The notes under the pieces are model-generated. The model was not told where the DNA came from. It searched no databases and saw only the letters and a list, made by a program, of their open reading frames with translations. DNA of 64,000 bases from Macrostomum hystrix (taxonomy: Eukaryota > Animalia > Platyhelminthes). The position numbers and the translations under genes are program-made. Positions 1-12,047 of the stretch are shown piece by piece. Location: contig CATNEN010000007.1 in NCBI GenBank assembly GCA_950097015.1, forward strand, positions 7,502,001 to 7,566,000. Reading direction: 5' to 3'. Positions within the stretch are counted from its first letter, which is position 1. Each line of letters begins with the position of its first letter.

Positions 1-472
1 AGACAGGCTCCCAGTGATCCAGGATGGGCAAAGTAGGACCTAGGGCCGGTGTGAGACAGGCTCCCAGTGATCCAGGATGGGTAAAGTAGGACAGACTAGG
101 GCCGGTGTGAGACAGGCTCCCAGTGATCCAGGATGGGCAAAGTAGGACAGACTAGGGCCGGTGTGAGACAGGCTCCCAGTGATCCAGGATGGGTAAAGTA
201 GGACAGACTAGGGCCGGTGTGAGACAGGCTCCCAGTGATCCAGGATGGGCAAAGTAGGACAGACTAGGGCCGGTGTGAGACAGGCTCCCAGTGATCCAGG
301 ATGGGTAAAGTAGGACAGACTAGGGCCGGTGTGAGACAGGCTCCCAGTGATCCAGGATGGGCAAAGTAGGACAGACTAGGGCCGGTGTGAGACAGGCTCC
401 CAGTGATCCAGGATGGGTAAAGTAGGACAGACTAGGGCCGGTGTGAGACAGGCTCCCAGTGATCCAGGATGG
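1..472. repeat. 56-bp minisatellite in a KIF26 intron, alternating C/T variants
   Basis: Unit agacaggctcccagtgatccaggatggg(c/t)aaagtaggacagactagggccggtgtg; about 8 copies, running off the window start. Confidence 0.95.
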
Positions 473-566
473 ACTCGAGTACGATTGAAGACAGACTCGA
501 TTACACAATCAAAGCCACTTTCATGTGGGCTAGATTCCCTTTTTCACTGCTCAAATGTCATTTCAG

Positions 567-3500
567 CCGGAGCTGTGCTCAGCGGCCCTGCCGGACATCA
601 TCCAAGGCGTTGTCAACGGATCCGACGGCTGCGTGTTTGTCTTCGGCTATGGCGGACTCGGTGAGTTCATATTAACAAACCGTTTACACTTGCATGCTTC
701 TGTTTGACTTAAAGACCAATCAGACACCCGAAGTGATTTTTCAGACAAGAGTTGTTGAGGAAACTAAGTGTATAAATCAGCAGCGGTGGCACAATGGAAT
801 CAGATTAGTCTTTGAAACACAAACTCAGTAGCGGCCATTAATCGTGTCCATCAGATAATAATCTTACAATAAGACAAAGCCGATTTCGTGAGTGCCAACG
901 AAAGGACAGTGAAATGTAAATGCGATTTGCAAGAATTCTCCCCCCCACCCTCAGCCAAGGATTTCTGTCCTCTTCAGGGCGTTGCTAAGTGCGGGAGAGC
1001 TAACACACACACGCGCACAATCGCATGGCCCTTTCGTCCTTTCAGTATCACCCCAAAAAGTCAGCATGCGGTGAAACTTTAGCATCCGCAACAGGGGGAG
1101 AGGGCAGCAACTGCAAGGAATATCCCGTATCCCAGTGGGGCTGCCAAACTAGCTCTCCTCCCCTACAGCCTCTGCCGCCTGACCCTTCAAAGCCATCCGC
1201 TCTCAGTGAAGGCTAAAGACTTGGACGACTGTCTGCTGTCCACTTCCCACTTCACAATTCTTCAGGTCCTGAGGGGCTGGGCAGGACCCAGAACTTCAAC
1301 ATCAGGACAGACGAGCCGCAGCGCTGGATCCACACGCGGCAGGGGGGCTGGCTTGGTGGCACATAAGAAAAGAAGAACTGTTTTGCAAATCCTCTTTCCT
1401 CCTCGTTTACTCCACCGATCTTTTTCTCTCCCTCGCCTTCCCCCTCCCTCCCCCCTTCCGCCTGGGGAGGCGGCCGGTTGGCGAAAAGTCTGACAGGCCC
1501 GCTCTGAAGAGGCTGCACCCTGGGCGTCAGCTGCTTCCGGCCCTCGCCCCCCCCGGGGAGCTGCCGCCGCTCCGCATCCCACCGCTGCCACCACAATGCT
1601 CCCCCGTCTCACCAAAATCCCCAAAGCTCATCTCCGACCTGAAGTGAGGACGCAACAGGAGCTGCAACTACTTTATTCAGCACGCTGTCACGTGACTCCC
1701 AAAAAATAACATAGGAAGCGCGCTTTGACGGCCGCTACCGGTGAATCTGAAGGTCTTCGCCTAGCTAATTACCTACTATAATGAAATCTCATCAACTAGA
1801 TTCTACGAATCAATCATAGTACTGAGCTTATATCACATTTGGCATAGTTTCTCTGTCAATCATCTGAAATTCTGCTCAGACCAGAATACGCATGCATTTG
1901 CAACACACAGTTATCTACTCGCCTTCCAAGCGACCTGGAGCGCCGCACTGCTCATAATAAAGGATGGCAGCGGACAAAAGTCCCGCCTTTTCTGTCCCTT
2001 TCCGGCCCCATCGTTCTCTTTGGTCCTGAGTGCGGCTCGCTTGCAGCCGCAGCAGCCGCCAACCGCCCTCACGCTTGAGGGAATATCGATCAGCGAAAAG
2101 AGGCCGCGTCAGGCTGAGAATGTCGGTGCGGCCCGGGTCTGCCGGCCCCCCATCTGCGGACGAGTGTCTTGTCCCACTCGTGGCTCGCCACCTCCCCAGC
2201 CGGCTCAATGTATGCAGATTCTATGCAGATGGGGGATCAGGAAAACGAGCCCGGGCTTTTCTCCCTCAGCCAAGCCCTCCCTGCCTCGGCCCTGTCCCTG
2301 GCTACCAGAGACGCGGCTAAGATGGCCTTTCGAGTCCACATGGAGACCCGCTCGCCACAGCAGAGCAGCGAGGGACGTCCAGAAACACGGCAATTGAATT
2401 ACGGAAGAGCTGCCGCCGCCGAGCCGGCCTCCACAAGAGCACCGATGGATTGGGGGACCGGAGAAGCGGAGAGAGCGGGTTGTAGTGCTCATGCGGACCC
2501 GCTTAGTCCAAGCCCCAGCAACGCCTGTGCCTGGCTATCTATATGTACCTTTTCACTGTTCTTTTTCCCTGACATTGAAAGAAGACATAGAAGACATGCG
2601 AAACAGTATTTTACGATTTGAAACGGGATTGAAAATGTTTATGCAAACGAAGGGGATTTTCAGTTTTTGTTCGCAATCGCGCCCGATTTCTTTGTCGTTC
2701 AAGTTTCATAGGAAAATAAAAGTACAAAGTTTGCTCACAGAATCAGAAGAACTTCCCATTGACTTCTGACCCCCTACAAGCAGCTTCAGACCAAAGATTG
2801 AGCTCAAGCCATTTATTAAATCTATTTTCAGCTGTCGATCGGTGTCACCAGGAGGCCAGATTTAGGAGCAGCTGGGAGTCTCCGCCGAGGTCAGAATCGA
2901 GAGGCCCCGACTGCCAGGAAGACGGGCGGCTTGAAGCTGCCGGAAGATTTCACAGAAGTGCTCAGCGGGGACAGTCAGGGGAGAGAGAGAGAGGGGCGAG
3001 CGCAGGCGGCGTTGGTGGAGCAGTGACATTCTCACTCCACGCCTGTGTGTGTCTGAACTTTCCGCTCCCTATTCCCACTCAACGGCCTCTGAATTTGGCC
3101 GCGGTTGCTTCCACTCAGCCTCCCCTCTCTTTACTTTCCCTGCTCGCTATTCTTCACCCAGTGAAGAAGCGGTCGGGCGGGCCTCAATCAGGACTGCTGT
3201 CTGCGCCAGTCACGCCAAGTTCCACAGCTCAGACAGCACGGACTTGGGGCCGGGCCGCGGGAGGGGGAGGTGGAGGCTGCGGCTGAGCTGCGGGATCCGG
3301 ACTCCCCATCTCTCGACTCTGCTCAACTTTGCCGCTGCCGATGGTGGCGGAGTTTGGAAGGGGAAAAATCGCGGCTGGAGGGGAGGAGAAGGAAGAGATG
3401 AAGAAAGTCGGTCGGTCTGGGAGGCTTAGGAGTGAGAGATGAAGCGCATTATCTCGAACTTTCGGCAGCCATCTCGCAGCCTCTTAAATCTTCCAACGAT

Positions 3501-6500
3501 CCACTCGCACTCTCTTAATTTGTATCTCCACCCCGCTGCCCGCCTCCGGCCGGCGTCTCAAAACTCTGCGGAGCCGGCGCCGGTGCTGGCCGCTTTTTGT
3601 CCTCGCTTTAAATCGCGTGCACTCGCCCGCCACTGCCTCCGCCACGTCAATGCTGCATGGAGGGGCTATTTTGACAGAGCATCGCCACCGCTGCCGCCGA
3701 AACTGCTTCTCTCTCCCACCCAGACTCGCAGCGTTAATTAGGGAGGTGGAAGACTGGCATGGATGCGAGGTCACGAGGGGTCACACTAGCCCCGCCCTAA
3801 CCCCTGATGGTCTATGACGATGTTTCATTCGCATTAAAAATTTTGTCATCTTTTTTGTAGAACCAAGAGAAAACTCGTGTTTTTCTTCTCATTGAGCAAC
3901 TCTCCAACCCGCGTTGCCTTCTGCCCCACTGACAGGCAAAACGCACACCATGATTGGCAGCGACGTTTCGCCCAGCAGCGCCGGCGTGATCCCCTGCGCC
4001 ATCGCGTGGCTTTTCCGTGCCATCGGCGAGCAGCGCGAGGCCGCCACCGGGGCCAGATTCTCCGTCCGCGTCAGCGCCGTCGAGCTGGCCGGCCGAGACG
4101 AGGCCCTGCGTGACCTACTCGGCGAGGCCGCCTCTCCGGCAGCGTCGGCCTCGTCGGCAACGGCGGCAGCGGAGGGCCCGACGGCCGCCTACCTGCGGGA
4201 TGATCCAATCACCGGGTCGCAGTTGGAGAACCAGTCGGAGCTTCGGGCGCCGACGCCGGAGAAGGCCGCTGCCTATCTGGACGCTGCACTGAGCGCTCGC
4301 TCGACGGCGTCTGCCAGCAGCGGCGGCGTAGACAGCGGAGGCAGCAGCATGTCGCACCTGCTCTTTACCCTGCACCTGTACCAGTACCGGGTGGAGCGCA
4401 CCGGTATCAGTCGCGGTGTTGCCGGCGGACGCTCCCGTCTGCACCTGATTGACCTCGGCTGCGGCCGCGGCGGCCGCGACTCCGGCCATCCGGCGTTGAG
4501 CCTGGCGGCGATCGGCAGCGTGTTGGCCGCGCTGGTCAACGGACAGCGCCGGGTGCCGCACCGGGACTCCAAGCTCAGCCAGCTGCTCAGGGAGGCGCTC
4601 GGCTCCACCGGCTGCCGGGCCTGCATGATCTGCCAGGTAGGGTGAATGATCTGCCAGGTAGGGTGAATGATCTGCCAGGTAGGATAAATGGTCTGCCAGG
4701 TAGGGTGAATGATCTGCCAGGTAGGGCCGGTGAATGATCTGCCAGGTAGGGTGAATGGTTTAAAAGTAGTTCATCAGTTCTCATTCCCTGTTGTTCACAA
4801 CTGGCAGGTATCTTCAATGCAGCAGAACGCATCGGATTCGCTGCAGATTTTGCAGTTTGCCAACCGGATTCAACGAATGCGCCGACGTCGGGCCCGTCTA
4901 CTCAGCTGCGTTGGTGGCGTCGGCAGCAGCGGTCCTAGCAGCGGAAGCAACTGCAGCGGTGGAGGCTCCGACAGTTCAAGCTGCGATAGCTTCGGCGTCA
5001 GGAGAGCGGGTCGTCTAAGGCCGTCACAACGACCAGGCGAAACCGACTACAGCTCGGGCAGTGAGCACAGCTGCGCCACCGTCATCTTCATGGGTAAGCG
5101 AGATCATCCAGACTCCAGCCGGCTGCCGCCACCACCGCCTCAGGCATTGCTGCGGAAGCTGGCTCGGGCAGCGGCCTCCGATGATGACGACAACGGTGGT
5201 GGCGGCGTAGCAGCCACTGGCGAGCAGTGGATCGACGGACCTCGAGCCCCGGCGATTAAGCCGCACGCGGCGCCAGTTGAGTCCGCACCGGGCTCTGTCG
5301 GCGGCGGCGAACGCTGGATCGACGGACCGAAGGCGTCGCCCCCGACTACACCGCCGTCGCCAATCGCAGCGGCCGCTGCCGCTTCCGCTGCAGTACCATC
5401 AGCCGGAATTGGGCGGTGTCGCAGCCGGCACACAGAAATCTGCGATCCACCGCAGCAGCAGCAGCAGCCACCGCCAGCGCCAGCCAAGAAGGACGCGGAG
5501 ACCCAGTCGGAGGAGCCATATGAATCGGGCAGCTCAACCAGCACGAGCAGCACCTTGGACAGGGCGGGCGGAGAGCGCAGCGGCCTGTCTGACATCAGCG
5601 AGCAGACCGAGGACGCCACCGGAGGTGTTGGAATCGGGATCAGCGGGCACAGCAGCTCGTCATCGTCGCCACAAGACGCGGAAGCAGATGAGGAGGAAGA
5701 AGAGGCCAGCAATGAGGCTCTGGAGCGATTAGAAATTCCGCCACCACCTCCAGATTTCGGCGGCCCGGTCACGGCCGCCATTCCACCGGTGATGAAAAAA
5801 GCTGCCGCGGCAGCGTTAATGGCGGCAGCAGAAGTGCCAGTGAATTCAGTTGCCTCGGCAACTGCACCAACAGGACCGCTGGCAGTGTCCTCCTCCACTG
5901 CCGACCGGCCGGCACTACGGCGGCACCGTCATCGGTCTCCAGGAGCTGGAGGTGCTTCCTCCCTGCCGAGACAGCGGAATCCTCAATCGGCTGCCTCCGC
6001 GGAGCCGTCCGCGCCTCTGGTTGCTCGCGTCAAGCCGTTCGTTCGCGATTGGGTGGAGAAGCACCATTCGGTCGGTCCGCCAGCATCCCAGGACAGCGAC
6101 AGTCCAAAATTAGACAGCCGAAAGCAGCAGCAGCAGCAGCAGCTCTGCCAGAGTGCTTGCGCTTCGCCAGTGCACAGCAGGCCGCCGCATCATCCATCAG
6201 GCTCGCGCCAGCATCAGCACCAGCACCAACATCAGCATCAGCGACGGTCTCGCTCAGCCAAGGGTCGTCGTCAACCAGAAGATGAGTCGGCAGCGGCTCC
6301 ACCCTCTCCTGCGCCGGCGCACGCGCGTGTCGCGCAGTGGCTGCAAGGCGTTGAGCCCGACGAGCTCAGCAGAGCACTCGCCCTGCGCTGCGGAGCTGCA
6401 GAAAAATCCGTACCGTCGACAATCGCCGCGACTTCCATCACAGCTGCATCGCATCAACGCTCCGGATCGCACGGCTCCGAGCTGGTGAAAGATTCGGCGG

Positions 6501-9176
6501 CAGCAGCGCAGGGCAAGCCGCAATTGCGAGATCGTTCAACTTCGGCGCACAGGCGTGGCGGCGACGCTGTCGCCGAGAAGTCGTCCGGGCGGCAGTCGTC
6601 GGAGAAGAAGCCGAGCCGGCTGGCCAGTTTCCTCACCAGCCCGCTGTTCGGCGTCAGGCGAGCAAAGGTCTCGAAAGAGGCCAAGGCTGCTGCAGGTGGC
6701 AGGCAGCAGAAACAGGACGAGACCGCGGTCACCTCCCCAGTTTCTGGCTCAGCAGCAACTCGGGCCACCGCGGCACCGCCGACTATTCTGTCGCCGTACC
6801 ACACAGTAACACAGCCGCGGAACTCCGGGCACAGCAGCTCTGGACACGGCTCCGACTGCTCCTACCACCCGCTGTACTGCGTTGTCAGTAGGCGTAGGAC
6901 CGCTTGCAGCGGCGGCAGCGGCGGCGGAGGCGGCACCGGCAGCGGCAGTGGAAGCGGCGGCGGAGGCGGCAGCGGCGCGGGCGTCGACTGCGGCGGTAGC
7001 GGCAGCGCCAATGGCAGCAGTGGCGGTGGCGGTGTCGGCATAGGTGTAATCTCTGGTGTCAGCGTCAGCTGCGGCGGTAGTGGCAGTGGCGTCGGTGGTG
7101 GCCGCAGCGGCAGCGGTAGCGGCGGCGGAGGCAGCATGGCCTGCCCCGGCAGAGGAGCGGGTGGCACTGGCTGCGCCTCTTCTGGCTACGAGTCAATGCT
7201 GCGGGACAGCGAGGCGTCCAGCTGCCGCGACTCCGCCAGCGAGAGGTCGGCTCCGACTTGTCGAACCAGTGCAGCCGCCTCGGCAGCGGCAGCAGCAGCC
7301 AGGGCGGCGAGACGAAAGGGTATTTGATTTCTGCGAACGCGCATTTGATTCCGAAATGTCATCGCAATATTTATTCTTAGTTTTCCCAGTTAGTTTTATA
7401 ACCGAGGTCCCGCCCGCCATTCTACCCACCGCAGCCGCTCACAGAAAGCTCGCGTCCGGCCGTTCGCGGTCTAAATCGATCCCGCCTGACGGGTCGTCTG
7501 AGAGCGGCATCGCTGATGCTGCGAGAGCCCCCGATGGGGACCAAGCCGATCTGGACGACGAAGGAGACGCGAGAGCAGCCGACAATGTTGAAGACGACGA
7601 CGAGCAGGAGGACGACGCCGCAACGGCGACAGCGACAGCGACAGTGGAGGCGGGCGTCGGCGTTGCAAGCTTCGACACTGACGGGGAGAGCGACGATCAG
7701 GAGGATGAAGCCGCCGCCATCGCTTGGCAGATCCGACGGGAGAAGATCGCCGAGCTGGTCTGTCAGCAGCGGTTGCTGAAGGAGGAGCTACGGCTGGCAA
7801 AGTCACTGCTGATGGCGGACCCGAACAGCTGGACGTTTGACCGTGAGAGTCCACAGAAAATATGTTTGTCTGTACATCTGAGCTGCAGTCAGTAGATTTG
7901 TGAGCTGCAGTCAGTAGATCTGTGAGCTGCAGTCAGTAGATCTGTGAGCTGCAGTCAGTAGATCTGGGAGCTGCAGTCAGTAGATCTGTGAGCTGCAGTC
8001 AGTAGATCTGTGAGCTGCAGTCAGTAGATCTGTGAGCTGCAGTCAGTAGATCTGTGAGCTGCAGTCAGTAGATCTGTGAGCTGCAGTCAGTAGATCTGTG
8101 AGCTGCAGTCAGTAGATCTGGGAGCTGCAGTCAGTAGATCTGTGAGCTGCAGTCAGTAGATCTGTGAGCTGCAGTCAGTAGATCTGTGAGCTGCAGTCAG
8201 TAGATCTGTGAGCTGCAGTCAGTAGATCTGGTAGCTGCAGTCAGTAGATCTGGGAGCTGCAGTCAGTAGATCTGTGAGCTGCAGTCAGTAGATCTGTGAG
8301 CTGCAGTCAGTAGATCTGTGAGCTGCAGTCAGTAGATCTGTGAGCTGCAGTCAGTAGATCTGTGAGCTGCAGTCAGTAGATCTGTGAGCTGCAGTCAGTA
8401 GATCTGTGAGCTGCAGTCAGTAGATCTGTGAGCTGCAGTCAGTAGATCTGGGAGCTGCAGTCAGTAGATCTGTGAGCTGCAGTCAGTAGATCTGTGAGCT
8501 GCAGTCAGTAGATCTGTGAGCTGCAGTCAGTAGATCTGTGAGATCTGCATTCAGATTACCTATAGTCAGTCATTCAAAGCATGATTCGATTGTGTCCTTT
8601 TACTGGCAGAGCGCAGTCACGCCGCCTGTCATTGTTTCTTGGAAAGAGACGAGCCCCAACCGAGGTCTGACATTTGTTTCTTGAAGCTGCAGCGACAGTG
8701 AAATGAAAGCCAGACGGCACCATCGGAATGAAGCCTGAGGACACATTTCCGAAGCCTGTAGATTTAGAATAACAAATTGCAGACTTGTCTGCACATCGAC
8801 CAGTTTCATTCCGTCTGGCTGACTTTCTCGCAGCCGTGCCCGGAAGAGACTTTGAATGCTTTTGACTGTCAATCCGGACTGAAATCCGTCACAATTGCCT
8901 AATTCGACTCTGATTCAACGCTGAGTTTATGAGCTTTTTCAAATTTGTAAATAATAACTCCACACGTACAAAAGTGCATCGCTGCACAATCGCTGCCTAA
9001 CTGTTTTCCAAACTTTCCCAACCGCAGTGCACGTGGCTGACAGCATGGATCCCGAGTCGCCCGGATTTCTGGACGCCCTGCGCGCCGAGACCGGCGTCCT
9101 GAGCAAGCGGGTGGCCGCCTGCAAGTCTCACCTGGCCATGCTCACCTGCTTCGATGCTAGACCACATGAGCAGTGA
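567..9176 (+). CDS. KIF26: KIF26-like (kinesin-11 family) protein, 3' part; 5' exons lie upstream of the window
   Basis: Exons 567-660, 3936-4636, 4808-7319, 7435 (or 7390)-7842 and 9028-9176 are all GT-AG with matching phases. Spliced protein has [21 protein letters not shown]|GKTHTMIG (P-loop), [35 protein letters not shown] and [17 protein letters not shown]. It ends with the KIF26-type C-terminus [30 protein letters not shown]; stop TGA at 9174-9176. Confidence 0.9.
4625..4757 (+). repeat. 21-bp tandem repeat spanning a KIF26 exon/intron junction
   Basis: Unit atgatctgccag|gtagggtga; about 6 copies, the first of which contains the real donor. Confidence 0.9.
7876..8547. repeat. 22-bp minisatellite in the last KIF26 intron
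   Basis: Unit gagctgcagtcagtagatctgt; about 30 copies. Confidence 0.95.
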
Positions 9177-10555
9177 CTCGGGCATTGTTTATTAACAGTA
9201 AAAATAACACGCTAGTTTCCCCTTAATGAAAATCAATGAAAGACAAATAGGGATATTTCACATACCCACTGCCTACTTCACAACAACTCCCAAACCGAAT
9301 GACTGATTTTCGTGAAAGTCCCCCATCTGAATCAAAATTTTCCGCCATTAAAGATGAACTGATTTTCAAAGCATCGTCGAGATATTGAATATATAATCGT
9401 TGACTATCTCGACGATGTCTGTGTTTTGTGATTCTAGATTTTCATGGTGGTTGGTTTAGTATTTTTGGAGATACAGAAAATAAGAAAGATGTGGATATTT
9501 AAAAAACCCAGTGGTTATCTTCTGTTAGCGATAATAAAATTTTGCTATGCCGTTATCAATGGTTGCCATGGAGACATCGATAAAATTTACTCGGTAGCCT
9601 CAACAACCACCCAGGATTAATTTTTCTAAATAATCACATTTACCTGGATGCTTTGGTATATAATACATGGTTAATAATGTAACCATGGTAACCATGAGTA
9701 GCCACGCAGCATTTTTCTGTTATCAAGTAAAACAAATTTCCTGCCATTACTCCCAAACTGTCAAAAGTCGGTGTATTCGCATTAAAATTAAAATCTCTGT
9801 GCTGTCTAAGATATTGTCATGTCGATTGCCTCAATGCTCGACTGTGTTCTGTACAGACTGCCATTTACACCTGCGGTTTATTTTCAAGCCAACCTGCTTC
9901 TGATTTGCTTGACACAAGCCTTCGCCTGCCTAACTGAATGATTATTAATTTAAAACGCGTTAGTTTTTTGCAGCCTACTGCCCAGTAGTATTTGGCGGAT
10001 GTTCAATATTTTCCGCGCGCTTTGTTAAGAAGTCGCTTCTCTTTTTGAATTTGGCGCTCATTTTGCTGATCTCGCCTTTCGCTTGCTGATTAGCGCAGGT
10101 AACCGTACACACACACGCACACACACACACACGCACACACACACACACCAACACACACTTACACTGTACAATGACCTTTGCGAACTGACTGCTTTGCTTT
10201 TGCTATACATCTACATATTCATATATATAAGCACTCACATTCAATGATACATAATTGGCGAAGACAATTATTAAAGTGAGGTAACAAATTTCCTTATCAG
10301 CCGTCTTCGATGTACATAGCAGATACGAATGAATTATGTTTCTCAATCCTGATTTCGCACCTGCCTAGATACTCGGAAAATTCTGAGTTCTTTTGTTGCT
10401 GACAGAAAATAAAGATTTGAAATCGTGGAAAGAAGTGTTAGTTACTGGCTGGGCTGTCCGGCCCCAGCAGATTCCACTTTTGTGCTTTTGACATCTGGCA
10501 GTGACTGTTGGTTTGAGTTGATTGTATTCTTTGACACATTCTAATGTGTTCCCAA

Positions 10556-10920
10556 TCAGACATGGGATCAGACATGGGATCAGACATGGGATCAGACATG
10601 GGATCAGAGAGGGGATCAGACATAGGATCAGACATAGGATTAGACATAGGATCAGACATAGGATTAGACATGGGATCAGAGAGGGGATCAGACATAGGAT
10701 CAGACATAGGATCAGACATGGGATCAGACATGGGATCAGACATGGGATCAGAGAGGGATCAGACATAGGATTAGACATGGGATCAGAGAGGGGATCAGAC
10801 ATAGGATTAGACATGGGATCAGAGAGGGGATCAGACATAGGATCAGACATGGGATCAGACATGGGATCAGACATAGGATTAGACATGGGATCAGAGAGGG
10901 ATCAGACATAGGATTAGATA
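10556..10920. repeat. 12-bp minisatellite abutting the NCS-like stop codon
   Basis: Unit gatcagacatgg with variants gatcagacatag, gattagacatgg and gatcagagaggg. Confidence 0.93.
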
Positions 10921-11709
10921 ATCATGTCAGAGCCGCCTTGCTCGCTGCTGTCACCGCAGGCTGTCGTCCAGGCGAGCAGTCTTGACCGAACGTCGGGCTC
11001 CTGAACCACCGCGGCTACAAACTCGTCCACGGTGACGCTGCAGTCATCGTGATCGTCGTTGTCATAAGCGTCGCGACCCAGACGATGTAGTAGCTGGCGG
11101 GCGCGCTGCTCTGGCGGCTGTGGCATGAGATGTGAGATCAGTCAACACTACAGTATTGATCCAATTATATTCAACAGGTGTGCTCAATGCGCTTGCCTCC
11201 TGTAGGTCGCCGACCCCGCCTCCGGCTATGTCGCCAAGCGCGCAGAAGATGTCGGCCACCTCGCCGAGGCTGAGCCGCCGGCCGCCTCCGCCGTAGACCC
11301 CCAGCGCCCAGCGCAGCCGCTCCTCCGGGCCGCAGTTGGTGGCCACGCTGAGGCCGGCCAGGAACTCGCGGAATCGCACGGCGCCCCGGCCCGTCTCGTC
11401 GAAGCCGAGGAAGACCCGGTCGGCGAAGCCCGCATCAGACGCCGTTCGGACGTCAGGAAAGACGGCGGCGCAGAGACGGCGGAATTCCTCACGGCGCAGG
11501 TGGCCGGCCAGGCAGAGGCCGCCGAAGGCCGCCTCCCAGCGCCGGGTCTCCGCCTCGTCCAGGCGGCTCTCGATCGGCCCGGGCGACGCCGACTCGTCGA
11601 AGACGTCGTCGGTGTCTACAGCGGCGTCGGCCTTCGGCTGCTGCGAATGCCGCGGCACAGACGGAATCGGAGTTCGGCTCTGCCGGTTGTGAGTTTGGCT
11701 TTGGCCCAT
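10914..11709 (-). CDS. Neuronal calcium sensor/KChIP/recoverin-like EF-hand protein, divergent
   Basis: ATG at 11709 gives MGQSQT (N-myristoylation-like MGxxx[S/T]). Motifs FADRVFLGFDETGRGAVRFREFLAGLSVATNCGPEERLRWALGVY and PPEQRARQLL...VTVDEFV follow the NCS fold. Exon 1 is 11709-11197 (proposed GC donor); exon 2 is 11117-10914 after a cacag acceptor; stop TAA. Confidence 0.75.
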
Positions 11710-11754
11710 TCTCACACTGGCTCTCGCTGAGTCTCTCAGCTGCTCAGTTGCCAG

Positions 11755-11836
11755 CCAATATAATCAAGAAGTCACGTGACTTCGTCCTTGGCAGTTGGTC
11801 CTCACTGAATCGTTAGGCCTGCTACTCTAGGATTGG
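11755..11836 (-). promoter_or_regulatory. Putative proximal promoter of the NCS-like gene (E-box palindrome flanked by CCAAT boxes)
   Basis: Perfect GTCACGTGAC at 11771-11780, CCAAT at 11755 and ATTGG at 11832, about 45-130 nt upstream of the ATG. Confidence 0.4.
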
Positions 11837-12047
11837 TCGCTTTTTATATTCTTAGCGTCTTCCCTTAGAGTTTAGAGTCATCATTAACTCAGGTCGTTTC
11901 AGTCGAAATCCGACACCGCTGAGTGAGCAAAATCTACCCCCGCTGAGTCTCATGTTGTTGGCACTCAAAACTTGTTTTGTTTTTCGCGGTAAGTACTCTA
12001 TTGGAATGATTTTTGGTAAGATAAAATCTCGATCTATGAGTGGATCG

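Noticed and set aside
4017-7854. Many antisense and alternate-frame ORFs over KIF26 (also over LEKR1 and the NCS-like gene)
   Set aside because: Shadow ORFs of GC-rich coding sequence with no recognisable motifs.
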